A stretch of 63,289 nt of DNA, filler included, from Octopus bimaculoides (lineage: Eukaryota): NCBI RefSeq assembly GCF_001194135.2. It is 6 parts of 6 records of this genome, joined end to end, with 100 filler letters (N's around TTAATTAATTAA, not from the genome) between each part and the next. Parts side by side here need not be neighbours in the genome. Positions count along the whole stretch, not along the records: positions 29,884 to 38,688 come from NC_069004.1; positions 38,789 to 54,145 come from NC_068985.1; 4 more parts are not named here. The stretch is one strand, 5' to 3'. Under the pieces are notes generated by a model. That model did no database searches and was not told the origin of the DNA. It was given only the letters and a program-made list of their open reading frames with translations. Made by a program: the position numbers and the translations under genes. Below are positions 37,680-47,582 of this stretch, piece by piece (within the stretch, counting starts at the first letter, position 1; each line of letters starts with the position of its first letter).

Positions 37680-38288
37680 CAAGAACAAAATGTTACTTTG
37701 TTAAAATTGGGTACATTTTAATTTTCCTTTTACATGTTTTGGTTTTTGAAAAACCTTATCAAAAATATGTACTAAGATGGAATATGTAAAGAGAAAAGAA
37801 CTATAAAAGAAATTCAATCAAAATCAAAATTAAGATTAACGTTCATAGTTTACTTTCCTTCTTCCTGCAAGAAACAGGTGGTAATTTCCGTTAGTTCTGG
37901 TAGCATGACAAGTTCAACTGACTGTGGCCGCAAATTACTACTATCTGTTTTTGTAAATTGAATAGTGTGGTCAAGACTTGGTTTCTTAGGAGTAATAATA
38001 ATAGCAGTCGTCGTGGTGAAGTTGTTCCCCTGGGGTTTTAATAGAAATCGGGTTCTTCGACCCCTTGTCTTTATTTCTTATACACACATATATATACACA
38101 CTCACCCTTATACACATATACATATATATATATATATATATATACAGATGCAGTTACATGCACACACTCATATATATATACATATCGTTAGCCACTACAC
38201 ATTCTTTATTTCCTCTCCTTGTTTCTTGTCACTTTGCTAATAACTGACTTGAATTATTTGAAGGAAAAACACGAACAAAACCCATACC

Positions 38289-38688
38289 TATCAGGTCATC
38301 CCATAAGTTCTGTCCGATTTTACCTTTTTTAAAAATGAATGAAATTTAATAGTATTTTAGAATCTCTAATGGAATTAAAAATTATTTTTATGCATTTGTG
38401 TACATTTAAACGAATTAAATATTATTTTACAGAATAATAGAATTAAAATTTCTTTGATTAAAAACCAAAACCCTTTCTAACATGGAAGTATCTAAAGAGT
38501 ATTTGAGGCACGTAATGCTTTATGAGTACAAAAAAGGAAACTCTGCTGCCGAAACGACTCGAAACATACACTCAGTTTATGGGAAAGAATGCTTGAATGA
38601 AAGAACTTGCAGAAGATGGTTTACAAAATTCAGAAGTGGAGATTTCAGCCTTGAAGATGAAGGTCAAACAGGACGTCCAGTTGAGTTT
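38289..38688 (+). mobile_element. Mariner transposon 5' end (TIR and N-terminal HTH ORF), cut by a scaffold join
   Basis: TA + TCAGGTCATCCCATAAG terminus; ORF 38482.. MEVSKEYLRHVMLYEYKKGNSAAETTRNI...RTCRRWFTKFRSGDFSLEDE..GRP (mariner/SETMAR-like HTH). Confidence 0.9.
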
Positions 38689-38788
38689 NNNNNNNNNNNN
38701 NNNNNNNNNNNNNNNNNNNNNNNNNNNNNNNNTTAATTAATTAANNNNNNNNNNNNNNNNNNNNNNNNNNNNNNNNNNNNNNNNNNNN
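38689..38788. other. Artificial assembly spacer
   Basis: 44 N + TTAATTAATTAA (38733-38744) + 44 N. Confidence 0.95.
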
Positions 38789-38814
38789 ATATATATATAT
38801 ATATATATATAATG

Positions 38815-38990
38815 CAAGAGAGTTAAGGGTTGAGGATTCAACCCACTAAGGGATAGTATCTATAGGCCTAGCGAATCATGCATGTACCCCCATTTAAGCA
38901 TTCCATCTGCTAATTACTCCAGCAGGAACTATTCGGATAGAATGGGGCATGCCAACGCTAGGCCGAAACAGCTGTAGGTTTCTGTTTATT
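38815..38990 (+). mobile_element. Penelope-like terminal repeat relic with a hammerhead remnant
   Basis: Start is similar to 30181-30230 (CAAGAGAGTTAAGGGTTG...); ends GGCC-GAAA-CAGCTG-TA with no intact CUGANGA core. Confidence 0.5.
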
Positions 38991-39174
38991 CTCAAATTCC
39001 TAATGCACTGTTTATTTGTAACCTCGATTGTTAATATAACATGGTATGTCATAAGCATTTGTATGTTGTCGTTTTTGTCATTTTAGTTACAAAATAAGTT
39101 AATTAACTCAACAGAATACACTGTCTGCAAGTCGATGGGTACCACACATTCTCCTCCATTTTCTAATTGCTATG

Positions 39175-39185
<11 letters not shown>

Positions 39186-39265
<80 letters not shown>

Positions 39266-39274
39266 ATATATATA

Positions 39275-39310
<36 letters not shown>

Positions 39311-39540
39311 TGTATGTATGTATGTATGTATGTGTGTGCATATGTTTGTCTGTCCCCCCAACTTCGCTTGACAACCGATGGTGGTGTGCTTGCGTCCCCG
39401 TAACTTAACGGTTCGGCAAAAGCGACCGATAGAATAAGTACTAGGTTTACAAAGAATAAGTCCTGGGGTCGATTTGGTCGACTAAAGGCGGTGCTCCAGC
39501 ATGGCCGCAGTCAAATGACTGAAACAAGTAAAAGAGTAAA
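39186..39540 (+). mobile_element. SINE family A 3' half preceded by its expanded (TG)n(TA)n(TATG)n microsatellite
   Basis: CGCTTGACAACCGATG...GGCGGTGCTCCAGCATGGCCGCAGTCAAATGACTGAAACAAGTAAAAGAGTAAA. Confidence 0.9.
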
Positions 39541-39908
39541 GTTATTTTGACAAACCACAATCAGCAAACCTTATCAGACATAAATTATGTGGCATTGCGT
39601 TATCTCACAGTAGGGTGTGATTCAGAGCCTATTTAGTTGCTAATTCTAGAAGGTCAAGCGACCTCTTAGAAGCCTCTTTGTTGGCTTGTTTAACTAATGC
39701 AATAAAAGCGAACACATTTAGCCCTGAATATCAAAATTTTAATTACTTTCATTAGCTCGTTATTGGAACCTCACTAGCGATCTTTCGTTTTGACTTGCAG
39801 AACTGTCATCTGGGTTCGTTAATATCCGCAAAAATCTTTTATTTATTTACTTTTGCCTTAAAGTAGAGGAGAAAGTGAAAGATGTATGTACGTGTATATG
39901 AAATGGAC

Positions 39909-39952
<44 letters not shown>

Positions 39953-40314
39953 GGGAGAAAGAGAGTGAGTGAAGGGATGTGTTGTCATGTATACGTACAT
40001 ACATCAATGCATATGCATACAACATTTTTGTATGTACATGAGCGTGTGTGTGTGTGTATGTAAGAGAGAAACGGAGAGAGTGAGTGAGTGAAAGTGTGTG
40101 TTCTCATGTATGTTTAAGTGGCCTCTCACTCACACACACACACACACACACGTCAATTTCATATACACGTTCATACATCTTTCACTTTCTCCTCTCTTTC
40201 ACTTTAAAACAAGCGTAAATAAATAAATAAATTTTACGGAAATTAACGAACAAAACAGCTGATCCGGATGACAGTTTGCTGACAACTTTGCGAGGTATAA
40301 CGAAACGTAACCGC

Positions 40315-40476
40315 CAGGGTACAATATGCACCTGTTTACTAGAAAAAAGAGTTAAAACCCTTCAAAGCCACGCATCTCTCGCTATATGTAAACGTTTTCT
40401 GAGCGTGTTTACATATAGTGAGACTTTGGAGAGTTTTAACTCTTCTTTCTAGCAAATAGGTGCATATTGTACCCTG
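40315..40476. mobile_element. 162-bp hairpin MITE
   Basis: CAGGGTACAATATGCACCTGTTTACTAGAAAAAAGAGTTAAAAC at the left and its near-perfect reverse complement at the right; inner CTATATGTAAAC / GTTTACATATAG. Confidence 0.85.
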
Positions 40477-40557
40477 ACTTTTAATATATATTTTGCATAT
40501 TCTGTTATGTTTGTTGGCCACTTTATCATGATTTTTTAAAGATAATAACTTATTTCG

Positions 40558-40602
<45 letters not shown>

Positions 40603-40677
40603 NNNNNNNNNNTGTACGTATATATGCATATACTCATTTATTATTTGTTTTATATATATAGTAATGCGCTTAATACT

Positions 40678-40879
40678 CTCTTTACTCTTTTACTTGTTTC
40701 AGTCATTTGACTGTGGTCATGCTGGAGCACCACCTTTAGTCGAGCAAATCGACCCCAGGACTTATTCTTTGTAAGCCTAGTACTTATTCTATCGGTCTCC
40801 CTTTTGCCGAACCGCTAAGTTATGGGGACACAAACACACCACCATCGGTTGTCAAGCGATGTTGGGGGGACAAACACAG

Positions 40880-40946
<67 letters not shown>

Positions 40947-41017
40947 CATACATACATACGACAAGCTTCTGAACCCGGAACCATGCGGTTGGTAAGCAAA
41001 CTACTTACCACACAGCC
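40678..41017 (-). mobile_element. SINE family A with internal microsatellite
   Basis: Complete 3' half, (CA)n(TA)n, and head CTACTTACCACACAGCCA. Confidence 0.9.
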
Positions 41018-41838
41018 AAATTATATTTATAGGGAATAATTAATAAATTTTTCCCTTATTAGACTTTTTCACGCTAACTACTTGATAAATTCTTATAAAG
41101 ATTTTATCCTATATTTAAATTGTATATATATNNNNNNNNNNNNNNNNNNNNNNNNNNNNNNNNNNNNNNNNNNNNNNNNNNNNNNNNNNNNNNNNNNNNN
41201 NNNNNNNNNNNNNNNNNNNNNNNNNNNNNNNNNNNNNNNNNNNNNNNNNNNNNNNNNNNNNNNNNNNNNNNNNNNNNNNNNNNNNNNNNNNNNNNNNNNN
41301 NNNNNNNNNNNNNNNNNNNNNNNNNNNNNNNNNNNNNNNNNNNNNNNNNNNNNNNNNNNNNNNNNNNNNNNNNNNNNNNNNNNNNNNNNNNNNNNNNNNN
41401 NNNNNNNNNNNNNNNNNNNNNNNNNNNNNNNNNNNNNNNNNNNNNNNNNNNNNNNNNNNNNNNNNNNNNNNNNNNNNNNNNNNNNNNNNNNNNNNNNNNN
41501 NNNNNNNNNNNNNNNNNNNNNNNNNNNNNNNNNNNNNNNNNNNNNNNNNNNNNNNNNNNNNNNNNNNNNNNNNNNNNNNNNNNNNNNNNNNNNNNNNNNN
41601 NNNNNNNNNNNNNNNNNNNNNNNNNNNNNNNNNNNNNNNNNNNNNNNNNNNNNNNNNNNNNNNNNNNNNNNNNNNNNNNNNNNNNNNNNNNNNNNNNNNN
41701 NNNNNNNNNNNNNNNNNNNNNNNNNNNNNNNNNNNNNNNNNNNNNNNNNNNNNNNNNNNNNNNNNNNNNNNNNNNNNNNNNNNNNNNNNNNNNNNNNNNA
41801 CACACACACACACACACACACACACCACACACACACAC

Positions 41839-41871
<33 letters not shown>

Positions 41872-41890
41872 GTGTGTGTGTGTGTGTGTG

Positions 41891-42300
41891 TGAAGGCGCG
41901 TGGCTTAGTGGTTAGGCTATTTAATTCGCGATCGCAAGGCCGTGAGTTTGATTCCCGGCGGCGTGTTGTGTCCTTGAGCAACACACTCAGCTGACAGAAA
42001 TAAAATGAGTAGAACCTGTATTTCGAGAATCCAGGTAAAAAAAAAAGTCACAGGGGTTTTGTTCGGGAGGGTTTTGTCCGAGGGGATTTGTCCTAAGGGC
42101 GCTTTGTCCGGATCTCATAAATTAATTGTGACTTTTCTTCCTGTGACTTTATTACCGGCCACTATATATTAATTGTGACTTTTTTTTCCAAGCCAAAATT
42201 GTGACTTTATTACTGCGACTTTTTTCCCAGTGATTTTATTACCGGTCACCGTATTTCGAAGGGCCGCCTCGTCACATTACGAGCCGGCTGTTCCGTTGCG
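41891..42300 (+). mobile_element. SINE family C interrupted by a 224-bp DNA element
   Basis: A box TGGCTTAGTGG, B box GAGTTTGATTCCC, GTGTCCTTGAGCAA; the body resumes at 42251 with GTATTTCGAAGGGCC. Confidence 0.85.
42027..42250. mobile_element. Non-autonomous DNA transposon with a 9-bp TSD (Mutator/MULE-like, inferred)
   Basis: GTATTTCGA at 42018-42026 and 42251-42259; imperfect TIRs; internal (TTTGTCC) and (GTGACTTT) arrays. Confidence 0.8.
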
Positions 42301-42423
42301 ATCGTAACATATGTAAAACAACAAAAATAAGAATGGAAACAATCACATCTTTAATTGGTGGTTACGATATTTGGATTAGCTTATCGTACCTTGGATGTTA
42401 ATTCTGCCCGAATTTATCGGCAT

Positions 42424-42604
42424 CTGATTGTCGGATGTGGTTAACCAAGTTCGTTTAACATGGAGCGGCTTATTGATACCTGCTTGGATATTGCAGCTGT
42501 TCTTCAGTTTTTCTAAGCCCTGTAAAAGAACTCGGAAGGTTGGGCCTTCAACGAGGCCTTTCGCGATACCCTTAAAGCGAGGAACTTTTCAGCACCCTCT
42601 TGTT
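42424..42604. mobile_element. Right half of the mariner-type MITE family seen at 5656-5868
   Basis: CTAAGCCCTGTAAAAGAACTCGGAAGGTTGGGCC...GGAACTTTTCAGCACCC. Confidence 0.8.
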
Positions 42605-42802
42605 AATAAAGAAGATAGTACAGACATATTGCACTTGGGCCAACGACCTCAAATTACTCAGTTCTGTAGGTAACCCCCAGGATTCTTACTTCGTATTTGT
42701 AGCTTTTGAAACGCATATATCGTCGTAATCTCGTGATGTTTAAAAATAACTTTATTTTAGATATTATTGCAATATAATAGCAATAGAAATTATTGAATCT
42801 CT

Positions 42803-43235
42803 GCGTAGCTGTGTGGTAAGAAGCTTGCTTCCCAACCACATGGTTCCAAGTTCAGTCCCATTGCGTGGCGCTTTGGGCAAGTGCCTTCTACTATTGCCAC
42901 GGGCTGACCAAAGCCTTGTGAAAGGATTTGGTTAACGGAAACTGAAACCAGCCCGTCATACCGTCGTATATATATATACACACACATATATATATATGTG
43001 TGTGTGTGCGTGTATCTTTGTCTGTGTTTGTTCTCTCATCACCACTTGACAATCGGTGTTGGTGTGTTTACGTCCCCGTAACTTAACAGTTCGGCAAAAG
43101 AGACCGATAGAATAAATACTACTAGACTTTAAAATAAGTCCTGGAGTCGACTTGTTCGACTAAAATCAGCCAAGGCGGTGCTCCAGCATGGCCGCTGTCA
43201 AATGACTGAAACAAGTTAAAAAATAAAAGAATAAG
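42803..43235 (+). mobile_element. Full-length SINE family A
   Basis: tRNA-like head GTAGCTGTGTGGTAAG...GTTCAGTCCC; internal (TA)/(CA)/(TG) tract; 3' GGCGGTGCTCCAGCATGGCCG...GACTGAAACAAG. Confidence 0.9.
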
Positions 43236-43858
43236 ATGCGGCCGTTAGAAGAAGCTATCGTGGAAACGAGCTGAAAAGCACGTACACCATCTGCAGTAAA
43301 CCCGAAAAGAGCATAACAAATATTTATTTTAAATTCTTAGAAGTTGTTCATAAATCTAAAATGACACGAAAACAATACTTATAACCTGTGTTCTATGTTA
43401 TCGTATCAGCCACACATTTGCGCCCTGACTACCACGTTTAATTCCACTAAGAGAAATCCCGATATCTACTAATAAACATTCTTTATCTCGTATTACGGGT
43501 TCGTTCGCTAATAATTCTCGACGGGTTCTTTGAAAGAATAAGGCCTTCAATCAAAACTCAGCCACCGTCCTCAAAGGGAGCTGTAACGGGAATCAATAAT
43601 TTAAAAGCAGCTGTTACGCTTTCCGTCAAGGCTAAAATAGGCGAACATACGCCATTTACTGGTGAAAGTAGGTCGCTCTACTCAAAATGAAAGTATTAGG
43701 AGTGCAACATCCTTTTTCTCGGTAACTAAATTCTGATGATTAAAAAATCATTGCTCGGCAGAAAATTCCCCACAAAAGAACAACAAAATGCTTATGTGGT
43801 AGTTAAAGCATCACTTTCAAGCAAACGATTTACCCTAGTGACTGGTCAGAAACCCATA

Positions 43859-43999
43859 GATCATCATCATCATCATCATCGTCATCATCATCAAATCATC
43901 GTCATCGTCATCGTCATCATCATCATCGTCATCGTCATCATCGTCATCATCGTCATCACCGTCATCATCATCATTATCATCATCATCATCATCATCAAC
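43859..43999. repeat. (CAT)/(CGT) trinucleotide microsatellite
   Basis: Direct reading; explains the poly-His, poly-Ile and poly-Asp ORFs in the track. Confidence 0.95.
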
Positions 44000-44609
44000 A
44001 ACCCTGGACATCACTGTCTTCGAGTCGAAGGACACGCAGGGCTGGTTATCCAGTTTCCATGGTGTATGAAGTGATCGAGATCACTGAACGGGAAACCAGT
44101 CCCATCCAGTCCAGTCCAGTCCGTCAGGGAGTTATTTATTCACAGCTGAGTGGACACTGGGGCAACGTGAAATGAAGTTTCTAGCTCAAGAACACAACGC
44201 ACCGCTGGTCCGAGAATCGAAACCGCCATCTTACTACCTTGAGTGCAAACACCCTAACTACTAGGCCTTCACCCATAGGTTACAAGATTTTAAAATGAGA
44301 AAATACTGCACCGGTGATTAGTACTTGGAGTCCCTAATCCCTAAACCTTATGAGTCCTAGGACTCGAGACTCATAGTGTCGGTAATCTGGTTTACTTGAC
44401 GTATAAGTGACCGAGTCACAACTCTTTCTACCCCTCCTCATCAACAGGACGCTAGTTCAATCCGTCACGGGGTAACTCATTTACGAGTGGACACTGAAGC
44501 AATGTGAAATGAAGTTCTTTGCTGAAGGACACAACGCCACCGTCTGAGAATCGAAACCAAGATCTTGCCACATCCAAATCACTAGGCCACGCGCCTTCAC
44601 TCCTTGGTT

Positions 44610-44923
44610 GTTGTTGGCACTCCGTCGCTTACGACGTCGAGGGTTCCAGTTGATCCGATCAACAGAACAACCTGCTCGTGAAATTAACGTGCAAGTGGCT
44701 GAGTACTCCACAGACACATGCACCCTTAACGTAGTTCTCGGGGATATTCAGCGTGACACAGTGTGACAAGGCTGACCCTTTGAATTACAGGCACAACAGA
44801 AACAGGAAGTAAGAGTGAGAGAAAGTTGTGGTGAAAGAGTACAGCAGGGTTGGCCACCATCCCCTGCCGGAGCCTCGTGGAGCTTTAGGTGTTTTCGCTC
44901 AATAAACACTCACAACGCCCGGT
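44610..44923 (-). mobile_element. 5'-truncated SINE family C variant with a 10-bp TSD
   Basis: CTCCTTGGTT at 44600-44609 and 44924-44933; body matches 47325-47580; 3' tail ...GGAGTGCCAACAACAAC. Confidence 0.88.
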
Positions 44924-45245
44924 CTCCTTGGTTATAAGGTTTTAAAATGAGAAAATACCGCATTGGGGATTAGAACTGAAGCTGTTCTCTTACATCTAAT
45001 ATTATCCTGGATTCTTTAATGGTTTTGAAAATACATTGTCGTGTATGTGACTTTTGCGATGTTATTTCGCAGAATAACCTCTTAGGATTTCATAAATCTG
45101 TGTGCTATCCTTGTGTTAGGAAATCTCATTAATCGGTGGACGATATTAAACTTGTTTTTTTCTTTTTTTCGTTGCCACATTTACCAACAATTAAAATTAC
45201 AATACTTATCGTCCGGAACTACATTACTTCATCAGATCCGTGGCT

Positions 45246-45851
45246 AGGAGTGGTTGTGTGGTAAGTAGCTTGCTTACCAACCACATGGTTCCGGGTTCAG
45301 TTCCGATGTGTGACACTTTGGGCAAGTGTCCTCTACTGTAGCCTCGGGCCGACCAAACCATTGTGAGTGGATTTGGTAGACGGAAACTGGAAGAAGCCCG
45401 TCGTGTACACACACACACACACACACACACATACATATATATGTGTGTGCGTGTGCGTGTGCGTATGTGTTTGTGTGTCTGTGTTTTACCCCGACCATCG
45501 CTTGACAACCGATGCTGATGTGTTTACATCCCCGTAACCTAGCGGTTCGACAAAAGAACCAAGAGTGGCTGTGCGGTAAGTAGCTTGCTTACCAACCACA
45601 TTGTTCCGGGTTCAGTCCCACTGCGTGGCACCTTGGGAAAGTGTCTTCTACTATAGCCTCGGGCCGACCAAAGCCTTGTGAGTGGATTTGGTAGACGGAA
45701 ACTGAAAGAAGCCCGTCTTATATATGTATATATATATGTGTGTGTGTGTGTGTTTGTGTGTCTGTGTTTGTCCCTCCAGGAAGACGATTTTGACTAAAAC
45801 TCCTTTGAAAGTGGTGCTCCAGCTTGGTCACACTCCAGTGACTGAAACAAG
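45246..45851 (+). mobile_element. Two tandem SINE family A copies
   Basis: Heads near 45250 and 45565, each with GGCAAGTGTC/GGAAAGTGTC...GGGCCGACCAAA...GGAAACTG and an internal microsatellite. Confidence 0.85.
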
Positions 45852-46790
45852 TACAGTAATCCCTCGCCGTATCGCGGTTCACCTGTCGCGGTTTATTATT
45901 TAAGCGCGCGCGCGCGCTCACACACACACACACACATATATGTGTGTGTGTGTGTGCGTGTGTACACGACGGGCTTCTTTCAGTTTCCATCTACCAAATC
46001 CACTCACAATGCTTTGGTCGGCCCGAGGCTACAATAGAAGATACTTCCTCCGTGGTTGTTGTTGATCCTTTTTTGCCCCTTGTGGAACATAGGGCCGGTT
46101 TTCCCGGTTTCTATGGCGTATGTGTTCCCCCCTAGCTTTTACCCAGGAACAGGAAGAAAGAGTGNNNNNNNNNNNNNNNNNNNNNNNNNNNNNNNNNNNN
46201 NNNNNNNNNNNNNNNNNNNNNNNNNNNNNNNNNNNNNNNNNNNNNNNNNNNNNNNNNNNNNNNNNNNNNNNNNNNNNNNNNNNNNNNNNNNNNNNNNNNN
46301 NNNNNNNNNNNNNNNNNNNNNNNNNNNNNNNNNNNNNNNNNNNNNNNNNNNNNNNNNNNNNNNNNNNNNNNNNNNNNNNNNNNNNNNNNNNNNNNNNNNN
46401 NNNNNNNNNNNNNNNNNNNNNNNNNNNNNNNNNNNNNNNNNNNNNNNNNNNNNNNNNNNNNNNNNNNNNNNNNNNNNNNNNNNNNNNNNNNNNNNNNNNN
46501 NNNNNNNNNNNNNNNNNNNNNNNNNNNNNNNNNNNNNNNNNNNNNNNNNNNNNNNNNNNNNNNNNNNNNNNNNNNNNNNNNNNNNNNNNNNNNNNNNNNN
46601 NNNNNNNNNNNNNNNNNNNNNNNNNNNNTCCCCCTAAACTTGAAGATTACCTAAAATAAATATATACAAATTATAAAAATAATATTAAAAAACATACGAT
46701 ACAGTACTGTTTCTACTTCGCGGATTTTTACCTATTACGGGGTGGGGGGGGGAGGTTGGAGCATAACACCCGCGATTAATAAAGAGGTAA
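45852..46790. mobile_element. pogo/Tigger-type MITE ends bracketing inserted repeats and a gap
   Basis: TA-CAGTAATCCCTCGCCGTATCGCGGTTCAC at 45852; decayed right end CTTCGCGGATTTT...CCCGCGAT near 46715-46790. Confidence 0.5.
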
Positions 46791-47253
46791 ACAAGGAAGA
46801 AGAAGAAAAGAATAAAACACAAAAAGAAATGAAAAAGAAACAAAAAACGAATATGTAAAAGAGGAAGAGAAGAGAAAGAAAAGATAAAAAGGAGAAGAAA
46901 AGAGAGAACAGAGAGAATAAGGAGGGGATATCTTGCGTTTATGCGTTGTTACATCATGTTGTCGGTGTTGTGGTTACATTGTAACGCAAACTGTTAAAAG
47001 TGAATATCGAACAAGGATACATATTTGAGAAAGAAAAGCTGAAATAGAAAGTATCAAATAGAATGGATACGTGGTGCAAGACAAAGTTGGATTAGAGAGA
47101 TAAAGGGGGAAAGGGAACGTATGAAAGATAAAGGGGGGAAAGGGAATGTATGAGAGAAACAGGCATATAGACGAGAAAAGAAAACATACACACACGCACA
47201 CATCCACACATACACACACACATACATATACGACGGGCTTCTACCAAATCCTA

Positions 47254-47582
47254 GTGGAGGCGTGATGGCCCAGTGGTTAGCGCAGCGGACTCGCGGTCGT
47301 AGGATCGCGGTGTCGATTCCCAGACCGGGCATTGTGAGTGTTTAATGATCGAAAACACCTAAAGTTCCACGAGGCTCCGGCAGGGGATGGTGGCGAACCC
47401 TGCTGTACTCTTCCACCACAACTTTCTCTCACTCTTACTTCCTGTTTCTGTTGTGCCTGTAATTCAAAGGGCCAGCCTTGTCACACTTTGTGTCACGCTG
47501 AATATTCCAGAGAACTACGTTAAGGGTACACGTGTCTGTGGAGTGCTCAGCCACTTGCACGTTAATTTCACGAGCAGGCTGT
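47254..47582 (+). mobile_element. SINE family C variant with a different tRNA head
   Basis: A box TGGCCCAGTGG, B box GGTGTCGATTCCC; 3' body CAAAGGGCCAGCCTTGTCACAC...GAGTGCTCAGCCACTTGCACGTTAATTTCACGAGCAGG shared with 18946 and 41891. Confidence 0.85.

Noticed and set aside
37850-37945. Possible penultimate IR exon (DSSNLRPQSVELVMLPELTEITTCFLQEEG, phase-2 donor)
   Set aside because: Phase is compatible, but it lacks the Y/F-G-I-A-x-x-K-x-S...FN motif expected just before LNVMREAG, and the acceptor is poor.
41891-41965. tRNA-like sequences with A and B boxes (also 42803, 45250, 47254)
   Set aside because: No complete cloverleaf or acceptor stem, and each continues into a repeated SINE body; they are SINE heads, not tRNA genes.
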